DNA of 39,277 nucleotides from Rhodospirillales bacterium (lineage in GTDB: Bacteria > Pseudomonadota > Alphaproteobacteria > Rhodospirillales > JASLQF01). The notes below the pieces were generated by a model, which searched no databases, had not been told where the DNA came from, and worked only from the letters and a program-made list of their open reading frames with translations. Below are positions 11,337 to 21,766 of the stretch, piece by piece; position 1 is the stretch's first letter; each line of letters begins with the position of its first letter. The DNA lies in the NCBI GenBank assembly GCA_036011345.1, contig DASCNF010000157.1:1-39277 (forward strand), written 5' to 3'. Both the position numbers and the translations under genes were made by a program.

Positions 11337-11702
11337 ATGACGGACAAGTTCCGCGAGCGCGAATTGAGCGAGGAGGCGAAGTTCAAGCTCGACGAGGAGC
11401 GCCGCTTCAAGGCCGAGGTGCGCCGCGACAAGCTCCTCGGTTTGTGGGCAGCGGCCAAGATGGGGATGGGCGAGGCCGAGGCCGAGGCCTTCGCGCGCGA
11501 GGTGGTGATTTCCGATCTCGAGGAGCCCGGCGACCGCGACGTCGTCAGGCGCGTGCTGCGCGAGTTTGCGGCGCGCGGCAGCGAAGTCGGCGAAGACGAG
11601 GTGCGCACCGAGATGGGCCGCCTTTACGCCATCGCCCTGGAGCAACTCGCCGACGAATACCCCGCGCCCCTCGGCCCTGACCACGGCCGCGTCGGGGATT
11701 GA
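11337..11702 (+). CDS. DUF1476 protein (alphaproteobacterial F1-ATPase inhibitor zeta-subunit family)
   Basis: MTDKFRERELSEEAKFKLDEERRFKAEVRRDKLLGLWAA...VISDLEEPGDRDVVRRVLREF is typical of DUF1476. Confidence 0.85.
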   Translation: MTDKFRERELSEEAKFKLDEERRFKAEVRRDKLLGLWAAAKMGMGEAEAEAFAREVVISDLEEPGDRDVVRRVLREFAARGSEVGEDEVRTEMGRLYAIALEQLADEYPAPLGPDHGRVGD

Positions 11703-11821
11703 GGGCGTGCCCGACGGGGTCGGGACCGACCTCGATCCACGGACGTGTTCATCATGTGTTGTGAACGGTTGTGAAATTAGGCTAGCCATCAATTGAGTTG
11801 GGGCAGGCACGGTCGTCGCCG

Positions 11822-12557
11822 ATGATGTTCGGGATCCAGAATGGAGTAGGGGCTGCCCTTGCGTCAGCCTTGCTCCTGGTGACCGGTGCTGCGTCCGAGA
11901 GTGCCGGTGCCGAGCCGGTCGATTCGCGTCAACTCAGCGGCGCCTTCACTCCGGACCCGGAAGGCGTTTGGCGGACGATCGCGCCGAGTGACAGCACCAG
12001 TGAGTGCATCGGCGATCCGGTGGCACCACTGTGCGCGGTGGAATTCCACTTGGCCTGTTACCGGCGACGCGAACCGGACCTTTGCCGTGTTGCCTACGGA
12101 CCGGAATGGGAAGAGGAAATTATCTTTTCCACTTACCCTCATAAAACGTTCTTTAGCTATCGTGTGAAAAAGACCTGGCTCACCGGACCGAAGGACCTGG
12201 AACCCTTACCCAATTACGCCTTCAACCGCGAACTGGGCGACCTGATGATCGATGTAATTGTCCCCACATACTGGACCGAAAGTGGGTATTGCTCGACGCC
12301 AATAATTCTCATCACTTTATACCGCGTGGAAGTTCGGCGAACGCTGGGCCGTCGTCGAGATCTACCTCCCCCGGCATTCAACGAAATACAGTCCCTCAGG
12401 TTTCGCGAAACTGGAAGTGCTCGACGCGGGTCCATTGTTCGGGCGTAAGTTCCCTGACCGCGGTATTAACCGTGTCCTCGACGTGCTGGGCGCCGCCGCG
12501 CAGGAAGCCAATCGCCGTGCCCAGCCTGTTGGGAATTCAAAAAATCCCGGGAATTGA
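11822..12557 (+). pseudogene. Hypothetical secreted Cys-containing protein (ORFan), apparently frameshifted near 12306-12320
   Basis: Signal-peptide-like N-terminus MMFGIQNGVGAALASALLLVTGAASESAGA. After ...GYCSTPIILITL the listed frame turns Arg-rich. A second frame, open only from 12306, reads YTAWKFGERWAVVEIYLPRHSTKYSPSGFAKLEVLDAGPLFGRKFPDRGINRVLDVLGAAAQEA... up to the TGA at 12555-12557 and looks more protein-like. GC is locally low. Confidence 0.45.
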
Positions 12558-12573
12558 CTCGAGAGGACGCGCC

Positions 12574-13872
<1,299 letters not shown>

Positions 13873-13951
13873 CGGGGCCTCTTCGAGGGTACGGGAGCGA
13901 ACGCGAAACGATAGCACAACAATAATCCGAAATTGAAAGTCGTGCTATGCT

Positions 13952-15001
13952 TTGACCCGTGGCACTGGCTACAAGGGGGAAATTGACAAAGTGGACGCGA
14001 GCTTCAATCCCGCTCCGGCCGGTACGCCGGCCATCCCGCGTACCGATGCGCTTGGCACGGGGTCTCTGGCCATCGTCGAGGCCGAGCCCAGGCGCGCCCG
14101 CGACATCATGGAGGCGGGGCGGCGCCATTACGGCGTCCTGGCGCTGAGGTTGGGCGACGGGGCGAGCCGGCGCTGGCTCAAGAAGACAGCCAATCCCTAC
14201 CGCCACGAGATCGACGCTCTGGCCGCGCACATGGGCGAGCCCGGGTGCGTGCTCCTCAACCTGTCCTACGAGTGGACGTGCACCAGCGGTGTCGGCCCCG
14301 CCCCCGGCAATGGGGGAACTGGGGGAAGCCGCCTGCTGCGTACCCTCGACTGGCCGCTTGACGGTCTCGGGCGCAACCTGGTGGTGGCCAAGCGGGCCGG
14401 CGACGCCGGCGCCTATTACGACGTCACCTGGCCGGGCTTCGTCGGCGTCGCCACGGCCATGGCGCCGGGTCGTTTCAGCGCCGCCATCAACCAGCCGCCC
14501 ATGCGCCGCCTGACCCCGTCGTGCGGTTTCGACTGGGTGCTCAACCGCTGGCGCGTTTGGCGCACCCGTGCCCTGCCGCCTTCCCACCTCCTGCGCCGCG
14601 TCTTCGACGAATGCCGCACCTACGCTGAGGCCAAGGCGATGTTGAGCGCGGCACCCATCTGCACGCCCGCCTTTTTCACCCTGTCGGGTATGGCCCCCGC
14701 CGAGGGCTGCGTCGTCGAGCGCCAAGAGGACGGCGCCGCCGTCCACGAGGCACCCGCCAGCATGGCCAACCACTGGCTTTCCTTCGACGACAAGGGCTGG
14801 GCGCGGGGCCTCGACAGCGTGCCCCGCCTGGAAGCGATGGAGGATGTGCGCGACGGCGTTGGCGACGACTTTTCGTGGCTGGTGCCGCCCATCCTCAATC
14901 CCACCACCCGCGTCGCTGTGGTCGCCAACGCCGCCGCCGGGCTTCTGCTCGTTCAGGGGTGGGAGGCCGACGGCCCGGCCACCCGGGCGTTCAGCCTTTG
15001 A
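13952..15001 (+). CDS. Acid ceramidase / N-acylethanolamine acid amidase-like Ntn hydrolase (start uncertain)
   Basis: My recollection of human ASAH1 lines up as follows. YEWTCTSGV matches the CTSIV nucleophile. LRTLDWP matches [28 protein letters not shown] matches [60 protein letters not shown] matches [38 protein letters not shown]. No signal peptide. Alternative starts are GTG 13991 and ATG 14108. Confidence 0.7.
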   Translation: [349 protein letters not shown]

Positions 15002-15906
15002 CGCGTGGGAACTGGCTGGCCGGCCTGAGTTCGGCGCGCGGCGGCATCCTGTGGATGCTGGGGGCTTCCCTGCTGTTCTCCACCCAGGACGCCATCGTCA
15101 AGTACCTCAGCGCCGACTATTCGGTGGTGCAGCTTGTGTGGGCGCGCTTTACCCTGGCCCTAGCCGCCATCGTGCTGGTCACTGGGCCGCGGTTGCGCGG
15201 CCTTCTGGTGACCAGGCGCCCTGGCCTGCAGGTGCTGCGCGGCGTCCTCCTGCTCTCCATGATGGGGCTTTTCTACACGGCACTCGGGCTCATTCCCCTG
15301 GCCGACGCCACGTCGATCCTGTTCCTCGGGCCGCTCATCGTGGCGGCGCTTTCGGCGTCCCTGCTCGGCGAGCACGTGGGGCCGAGACGGTGGGCCGCCG
15401 TCGTCGTCGGCTTCGCGGGCGCGCTGATCATCGTGCGCCCGGGCCAGGGGACGATGGAGGCGGCGGCCCTCATGCCGCTTGGCGCCGCCTTCTTGTTCGG
15501 CTTCTATCAGATCGTCACGCGCCTCCTCAACCGGTGGGATCGGCCCCTGACCACGCTCACCTATTCGGCGTCGTGTGCGTCGCTTGCGACCAGCGCGCTG
15601 GTGCCGTTTCACTGGCAGGCCAATCCCACCGCCGCCGCCTGGGCGCTGATGGTGGCGCTCGGGGTCATCGGCGCGGTGTCCCAGTTTTCCTTGATCAAGG
15701 CCTACGAGGCGGCGCCGGCGGCAACGGTCGCCCCCTTCTTCTACGTGAGCCTGATCTGGGCGGTGGGATACGGCTATGTGCTGTTCGGCGACTTCCCCGA
15801 CCTGTGGACCGCGACCGGCGCCCTGATCATCACGGGGAGCGGGCTCTACGTCTTCCACCGGGCGAAGGTGCGCGGCGCCACGGACCGCCAGATCGACCGC
15901 CCCTGA
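14998..15906 (+). CDS. EamA/DMT-family transporter
   Basis: About 10 hydrophobic segments forming two EamA-like halves (ILWMLGASLLFSTQDAIVKYL..., ...SQFSLIKAYEAAPAATVAPFFYVSLIWAVGYGYVLFGD). The proposed TTG start overlaps the upstream stop (TTGA at 14998-15001). The listed ORF start at 14875 would overlap by 127 nt. Confidence 0.85.
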   Translation: MTRGNWLAGLSSARGGILWMLGASLLFSTQDAIVKYLSADYSVVQLVWARFTLALAAIVLVTGPRLRGLLVTRRPGLQVLRGVLLLSMMGLFYTALGLIPLADATSILFLGPLIVAALSASLLGEHVGPRRWAAVVVGFAGALIIVRPGQGTMEAAALMPLGAAFLFGFYQIVTRLLNRWDRPLTTLTYSASCASLATSALVPFHWQANPTAAAWALMVALGVIGAVSQFSLIKAYEAAPAATVAPFFYVSLIWAVGYGYVLFGDFPDLWTATGALIITGSGLYVFHRAKVRGATDRQIDRP

Positions 15907-16096
15907 TCACCCGCCGCGCAGGGTGCAATCGACGGCAAGGTGAAAATGGCCTTCCGGATGCAGGAAAACCAAAAAAAATCAGGTTGCCGGATGATTGCGC
16001 TGAGAAATCTGTTACCTCGACGATGGTGCGCGGATAAGATCGCCGCGAACCCGGAGGTTGTTCGGGAAAATTTGGTTGAGTAAAAAGGAAAGAATC

Positions 16097-17104
16097 ATGG
16101 AGAGAGTGGGTCTGGCCCTTGGCTACGGGAAGTTTACGAATGTCAGAGAGATGGCGAGCTTCATGCGCGGAGCAGAGGGCCAAGGCTATGAGATGGGCTT
16201 TTTCTCAGAGACCATCGAGTTGATGCGTGATTCGGTCACGGCGCTTGCCGCCATCGCGCTTGCCACCGACAAACTGATCATGGGTTCGACCCAGATCGTG
16301 CGCCTGCGCAGCCCCGTGGTCATGGCCCAGACGTTGGCCAGCCTGGATGAGCTCAGCAATGGGCGGATGACACTGGCTCCCGGCGCTTGCACCAAAAGTC
16401 ACTCGAACGTTTATTGTCTCGAACACGTCTCTCCACCATTGACTCTCAAGGAATGGGTCGAATCCATAAGGCTTCTGCTGACCGGCGAAAAAATATCCTA
16501 CAAAGGCGAGGTGGTGAAGCTGGACAATGTCGGGCTCGGCTGGGAGCCCATCCGCAAGTCGATCCCGCTCCATATACCGGCGACGTCGACGACGGGATTG
16601 CGTCTGGCCGGTGAGATCGGTGACGGCGTAATCCTGAATGCCATCTGTTCGCCAGAGTATACGGTGAATGCCCTCAAGATCATCACGGAGTCGGCGGAAA
16701 AAGCGGGCCGGGACATGTCGAATTTCGAGGTGGCGCAGATCATCAACTGCTCCGTGGAAGACGATCACCAGACGGCGCTCGACGCCATCCGTTGGGAGGT
16801 GGCGACAAAGTTCGATCCGTGGCAGATTCCGTTCATCGCGGGCCCCAAACTCCGGGTCGGAGAGCCCTACATCGACAAGGAGGACATCCCGGTGTTCGAG
16901 GCGGCGCATGCCGAAGGCGGCATGGAAGCCCTGATCAAGGCCATTCCGGATTCTTATGTCGAAGGGATGACGGCGAGCGGCACGCCGGATGAAGTCAAGG
17001 CCAGGGTCCAGCAGTTCCGTGACGCCGGCGTCAAGATCCCGCTTCTGCGGCCGGCGGCGGCACATCAGACACAACGGCTCCTGGATCTGTTTGCACAGGC
17101 CTAG
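16097..17104 (+). CDS. Luciferase-like (LLM class) flavin/F420-dependent oxidoreductase
   Basis: MERVGLALGY...GYEMGFFSETIE...LDELSNGRMTLAPGAC...TPDEVKARVQQFRDAGV is the LLM TIM-barrel pattern. AAAGGAA lies before the ATG at 16097. GC is visibly lower than in neighbouring genes. Confidence 0.85.
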   Translation: MERVGLALGYGKFTNVREMASFMRGAEGQGYEMGFFSETIELMRDSVTALAAIALATDKLIMGSTQIVRLRSPVVMAQTLASLDELSNGRMTLAPGACTKSHSNVYCLEHVSPPLTLKEWVESIRLLLTGEKISYKGEVVKLDNVGLGWEPIRKSIPLHIPATSTTGLRLAGEIGDGVILNAICSPEYTVNALKIITESAEKAGRDMSNFEVAQIINCSVEDDHQTALDAIRWEVATKFDPWQIPFIAGPKLRVGEPYIDKEDIPVFEAAHAEGGMEALIKAIPDSYVEGMTASGTPDEVKARVQQFRDAGVKIPLLRPAAAHQTQRLLDLFAQA

Positions 17105-17136
17105 CAGCGTATCCCGGGTGAGGCTTCAGAGGGGCA

Positions 17137-17910
17137 CTAGCTAAGGCTCAATCCGCCATCGATGAGTAGGGTCTGTCCGGTGACGAAATCGCCACCGGTG
17201 ATCAGGCTGACGATTGCCGCCGCCACGTCCTCGGTGGTGGCAATCCGGCCCAGGGGATAACTGGCCGAAGCCTGGGCAACCGTCTGCTCATAGTCGTCGC
17301 CGTAATGGGTTTGCATCCATTTGGTGTCGGTAAAAGCGGGCGCTACCGCGTTGACGCGCACCTTCGGCGCCAGGGCGACGGCGAGTCCGCGCGTCAGGTA
17401 GATCAGCGCCGCCTTGGCCGAACCGTAGGCCAGCGAAGAGGCCGTAACGGTAGCCAAAACGCCCGACATCGACGAAACGTTGACGATCATGCCGCTGGCC
17501 TCGGTGAGAAGCGTCGCCGCGGCGCGCGTGCAACGGAATGCGCCCTTCACGTTGACGTCCATGATGTCGTCCCACATGGCATCGGTCAGACCTTCCAGAT
17601 CCCTGACCGGAACCCAGTGGGTGATGCCGGCGTTGTTGACCAGCACATCCAGATGCCCGAAACGTTCGCCCACCTGCCCTACCATCTGGCGCACCTGATC
17701 GTCGTCCTTCAAGTCGGCATGTACGCACATGGCCTCGGCTCCGGCCTGGCGGACCTCGGCGGCCAGCGCTTCGGCCTCTTCCTTGGCGCTGCGGTAGTTG
17801 ATAACGACACCAGCCGCGCCGGACCTGGCCAGGTGCAACACCGTGGCCTGTCCTATTCCCGTCGCTCCGCCGGTGACCAGCGCTACGCGGCCCTTGAGTT
17901 CCATGTTCAT
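17137..17910 (-). CDS. SDR-family oxidoreductase
   Basis: TGGATGIG cofactor motif, NNAG, and catalytic YGSAK. GGAGG lies upstream. Confidence 0.92.
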   Translation of the reverse strand: MNMELKGRVALVTGGATGIGQATVLHLARSGAAGVVINYRSAKEEAEALAAEVRQAGAEAMCVHADLKDDDQVRQMVGQVGERFGHLDVLVNNAGITHWVPVRDLEGLTDAMWDDIMDVNVKGAFRCTRAAATLLTEASGMIVNVSSMSGVLATVTASSLAYGSAKAALIYLTRGLAVALAPKVRVNAVAPAFTDTKWMQTHYGDDYEQTVAQASASYPLGRIATTEDVAAAIVSLITGGDFVTGQTLLIDGGLSLS

Positions 17911-17960
17911 CCTCCAAGCTATTGGTAGTTATGTTTTTCATACGATCATCCGGAGCCGGG

Positions 17961-18842
17961 CTAGCCCGGCGGAATGTGGAAGCGGGGCTCGGCCAGGCCC
18001 TTGACGCCGACGTCGACGGCGAAGACCGATCCGGCCAGGGGTTGGACGGCGAGGACGTCCTCGGGGAGCGGCAAGGTCGCCGAGGTCACGTACAGGGTAT
18101 CCAGGCCGGGGCCGCCGAAGGCGCACGCCGTCGGCCGCTGCACGGGCACGCCGACGACGCGGTCGATGGTACCGTCGGGGGCGTAGCGCCTGACGTGCCA
18201 GGCGCCGATGCAACAAATCCAATAATAACCCTCGGCGTCCACGGCGGCGCCGTCGGGCCGCCCCTCGCGGCCGTCGAAGTCGATGAAGACGCGCCGGTTG
18301 GAGATATCGCCGTTGGCGCCGTCCAGGTCCCACGCCCAAACGTGCTCCTGGCGGCTGTCGGAATGGTACAGGATCGAGCCATCGGGACTGAAGGCGAGGC
18401 CGTTGGGGCAGATGAGGTCGCCGACCATTTTCCGGCAGGTGCCGTCGGCGTCGTATCGGAACAGTGCGTTGGTCCGCCGGTCCATGGTCTCGACCACGCT
18501 GCCCACCCAGAAGCGGCCCCGTGGATCGCAGCGTCCGTCGTTGAAGCGCGACTGGGAGTTGTCGGGCTCGAGGTCGAAGAGGCGCTCCATGGTGCCGCTC
18601 TCCAACTCGACGAAGGCGATGCCCGATTGCATGCCGGCGATGACGCGGCCGTCCCCGCAAAACGAGAAACAGCCGATGCGTTCGGGCATGGCGAAGGTGC
18701 GGCGCGCCCCCGTCGCCGGATCGAGGCGCTCGATCGAGGGCCTGTAGGTGTCGACCCAGTAGAGGGCCTGCTCGTTGTCGTGCCAGCGCGGCGATTCGCT
18801 GAGCCCAAAGGCTTCCTCGACGACGCAGCGGACCTCGTTCAT
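17961..18842 (-). CDS. SMP-30/gluconolactonase/LRE-family lactonase
   Basis: ESPRWHDNEQALYWVD, NDGRCDPRGRFWVG, PNGLAFSPDGSILYHSDS and PDGAAVDAEGYYW are the beta-propeller repeat motifs of SMP-30/gluconolactonase. Confidence 0.9.
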   Translation of the reverse strand: MNEVRCVVEEAFGLSESPRWHDNEQALYWVDTYRPSIERLDPATGARRTFAMPERIGCFSFCGDGRVIAGMQSGIAFVELESGTMERLFDLEPDNSQSRFNDGRCDPRGRFWVGSVVETMDRRTNALFRYDADGTCRKMVGDLICPNGLAFSPDGSILYHSDSRQEHVWAWDLDGANGDISNRRVFIDFDGREGRPDGAAVDAEGYYWICCIGAWHVRRYAPDGTIDRVVGVPVQRPTACAFGGPGLDTLYVTSATLPLPEDVLAVQPLAGSVFAVDVGVKGLAEPRFHIPPG

Positions 18843-18981
18843 GTGCGGTTCTCCCCGGCTTCCGGCGCCGGCAGTTTATGGGCCGGGGCGGCGTCCGGCA
18901 AGGTGAGGTGCGGCGCCTTGACGGCGACGCGCGCCGTGGCGCAAGGTCGCGCCTCCAGGGACACAACGCGGGAAAAGCACG

Positions 18982-19377
18982 ATGGCAGCACCGATCTTTC
19001 ACATGGCCGCCGGGGCGCCGACGCCGGTGGCGCCTTTCAGCCACGCCGTCGAGGCCGACGGCTGGATCTTCGTCACCGGACAGATGCCCAACGACCCCGA
19101 GGACGCGGCGGCGCCGCTGCCCGATGGCATCGAGGCGCAGACCCGCGACTGTATGAACAACCTGAAGATCGTGCTCGCCTCCATGGGCCTCGGCCTCGAG
19201 CACGTCATCGTGGCGCGCGTCTACCTCACTCACTTCAAACAAGACTACGCCGCCATGAACGCCACCTACGAGACCTACTTCGCGCCCGAGCGCCGCCCGG
19301 CGCGCACCTGCGTCGGCGTCACCGGTCTCGCCCTCAATGCCCGCGTCGAGATCGACCTGCTAGCGCGCCGCCCCTAA
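18982..19377 (+). CDS. RidA/YjgF-family reactive-intermediate deaminase
   Basis: APFSHAVEADGWIFVTGQ...NLKIVLASMGLGLEHVIVARVYL...RPARTCVGVTGLALNARVEIDL. Confidence 0.9.
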   Translation: MAAPIFHMAAGAPTPVAPFSHAVEADGWIFVTGQMPNDPEDAAAPLPDGIEAQTRDCMNNLKIVLASMGLGLEHVIVARVYLTHFKQDYAAMNATYETYFAPERRPARTCVGVTGLALNARVEIDLLARRP

Positions 19378-20585
19378 ATCCGTGCTCCGGGGCGCCCGGC
19401 CACGAAGAACCAGACTAGGCAGACGAACTGCAGGGCCAGCATCACCGCGAAGGTCGTCTGGTAGGCGGCGAGCGGATATCCCCCCTCGGCGTTCGCCGGC
19501 CACAGGCCGATGACTACGCCGGCGCCCCACTGGGCGAGGAAGGCGGCGACGAAGTTGAGCACGTTGAGCCCGGTGATGACGCGCCCGGCGAGCTCGGGCG
19601 CGAACGAGGCCGGCATGACCGCGAAGGGCAGCACCCAGGACGAGCCGGCGAGGCCGAACAGCACTAGCAGCAGCGCCACCGAGCCCAGCCACGGCCAAGC
19701 CATCGCCGCCTGCACCGCCATGAACGCCACCATGCAGGTCACGGCGAAGGCGAGCGGCGTGACGCCGAGCCGTCTCAGGCGCTCGACGGCGGCGCCGAGG
19801 ATGATGAAGCCGATCACCATCGCCGCCGCCATGAACAGCAGCGTGTCAGCCACGGCGGCGCGCCCCAAATCGGCCACGTCGTGTAGCCAGGGGCCGGCCC
19901 ACAGGGACTGGATGGCGTAGAACGCCGCCTGGGTGGCGGCGGCGATGGGGGCCAGCCTCCAGAAGGCGCGGCTCGTGAACACCTCGCCGACGCCGGCTAT
20001 CTGGGCGCGCCAGGTGGAAGGCGATTGGCTTCCCGGGCGCTCGGGGACGACCCAGTAGACGACGGCGGCGATGGCCAGCGTGAAGGCGCCGAGGCCTAAG
20101 AACACGCCGCGCCAGTCGGTGAGGCCGAGCGCCGCCTCGACCGGCGCCGTGGCGGCCAGGGCGCCGAGGCCGCCGAAGGCGGTGAGACAGCCGTTGGCCA
20201 GGGCCCGGCGCTCGGGCGGAAACCAAATGACGAAGGCCTTGATCCCCGCCATCAGGCAGGCCGACACGCCGACGCCGATGAGGGCGCGTCCGACAAACAA
20301 GCTGGGCGCCCCCTCGGCGGCGGCGAACAGGAAGGCGCCGCCGCCGGCGACGACGAGCAGCGTGGCCTCCGGCCGGCGCGGGCCATAGCGGTCGAGGAGG
20401 ACGCCGAGCGGCACCTGGGTGAGGGCGAAGGCGAGAAAGTAGACGCCGGTCAAAAGCCCGAGGTCGGCCGGGCGCAGGCCGACCTCGGCGATCAGGTTGG
20501 GGGCGATGACGGCGTTGACCGAGCGGTAGAGATAGGAGACGAAGAAACCGATGGCGAAGGGAACGAAGACGCGGACGATGATCAT
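19374..20585 (-). CDS. MFS transporter
   Basis: 403 aa with about 12 TM segments and the MFS loop motif LLDRYGPRRP. Its stop overlaps the RidA stop by 4 nt (convergent). Confidence 0.9.
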   Translation of the reverse strand: MIIVRVFVPFAIGFFVSYLYRSVNAVIAPNLIAEVGLRPADLGLLTGVYFLAFALTQVPLGVLLDRYGPRRPEATLLVVAGGGAFLFAAAEGAPSLFVGRALIGVGVSACLMAGIKAFVIWFPPERRALANGCLTAFGGLGALAATAPVEAALGLTDWRGVFLGLGAFTLAIAAVVYWVVPERPGSQSPSTWRAQIAGVGEVFTSRAFWRLAPIAAATQAAFYAIQSLWAGPWLHDVADLGRAAVADTLLFMAAAMVIGFIILGAAVERLRRLGVTPLAFAVTCMVAFMAVQAAMAWPWLGSVALLLVLFGLAGSSWVLPFAVMPASFAPELAGRVITGLNVLNFVAAFLAQWGAGVVIGLWPANAEGGYPLAAYQTTFAVMLALQFVCLVWFFVAGRPGARI

Positions 20586-20770
20586 GAACGGCGCCTCCCT
20601 TGCCGCGCGCTTGCGCCGGCGTTGCTGACCGCCGATCCTACCCGAATTTGGCGGCGGGGAAACGGGGCAAGTTTCTCAAGCTGGACAGGGTGCGCGCCAA
20701 GGGGTTGGTCGCGGGCCCCGTGGCACGGTACCATCCGCCGCCCAAACGAGTGAACAGAGGAAGACGAAAA

Positions 20771-21766
20771 ATGGGGATGCTCGAAGTGGCGGGGTTGTCG
20801 GCGGCGCCCGGAACCAAGGTCAGGGGATCCACCCAGTATGTGGAGCTGGCCGACGGCTCGCCGGTGTCGTTGCCGTTGTTGCTCATCAACGGCGCCAGCG
20901 ACGGCCCGCGCATGTACCTCGGCGCCGCCATCCACGGCGACGAGGTCGACGGCGTGGCCATCCTGTTCCGCGCCCTGGCCGAGGTCGACCCGGTGACCCT
21001 GGCGGGAAGCATCGTTTGCGTTCCCGTGCAGCACCCGCTGGCCTTCCACGCCGACCACCGAATTCCCGTCTCTCAGTACATGAAGTCGCCCCTCGACCAG
21101 GCGCCGCTGGACGCCTGGACCGTGTTTCCCGGGAACGACAAGGGCAACCTCGCCCAATTGCTGGCCGCCAAGCTGTTCGGAATGATCACCGATTGCGATT
21201 ACGCCATCGACATCCACACCCCGACCCGCGGCGGGCGCTACGTGCCGATCGCCATCCTGCCCCATCCCGACCTTGGCGAGCCGCGCAAGCGCGCCCGCGA
21301 GATGGCCGACGCCTTCGGCTCGGGGTGGATCATGGACACCGACACGAGCTTCTACGTGTCCGACGGCATCCTGTGCGCCGAGGCAACACGGGCCGGCGTC
21401 CCTGCCTTCACCTTCGAGATCGGCGAGGGCGGCCGGCTCGAGGACGCCGTCGTCGACGAAGGGGCGCGCTGCGTGCTCAACGCGTTGCGCTGGTTGAAGA
21501 TGATCCCGGGCGAAATGAGACCGGCCGAGAAGACCTACGTGATGCGCGAATTCCTGGAAATTCGGGCCGAAAAGGGCGGCCTGCTGCTCAACCGTGCCCA
21601 GCTCGGCGATGTGGTCACCAAGGAACAAGTGCTGGCCCAGGTGTTCAACATCTACGGTGACGAGGTGCAGACCGTGACGGCGCCCGCCGAGGGCGTCTTC
21701 GTGCGCACCACGACGCTCTCCACCGTCTCCACTGGCGAACGGGTGGCGACGCTCGGCCTGCTCTAG
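20771..21766 (+). CDS. Succinylglutamate desuccinylase/aspartoacylase (AstE/AspA) family zinc deacylase
   Basis: MGMLEVAGL...GAAIHGDEVDG (HxxE zinc motif), FPGN, IDIHT. ATG at 20771. The listed ORF 20600..21766 is an upstream extension. Confidence 0.85.
   Translation: MGMLEVAGLSAAPGTKVRGSTQYVELADGSPVSLPLLLINGASDGPRMYLGAAIHGDEVDGVAILFRALAEVDPVTLAGSIVCVPVQHPLAFHADHRIPVSQYMKSPLDQAPLDAWTVFPGNDKGNLAQLLAAKLFGMITDCDYAIDIHTPTRGGRYVPIAILPHPDLGEPRKRAREMADAFGSGWIMDTDTSFYVSDGILCAEATRAGVPAFTFEIGEGGRLEDAVVDEGARCVLNALRWLKMIPGEMRPAEKTYVMREFLEIRAEKGGLLLNRAQLGDVVTKEQVLAQVFNIYGDEVQTVTAPAEGVFVRTTTLSTVSTGERVATLGLL

Noticed and set aside
20721-20737. TGGCAC in the MFS/AstE divergent region resembles the -24 element of a sigma54 promoter.
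   Set aside because: The -12 element is missing: the following sequence is GGTACCATCC instead of N5-TTGC(A/T). No enhancer-binding protein gene is nearby.
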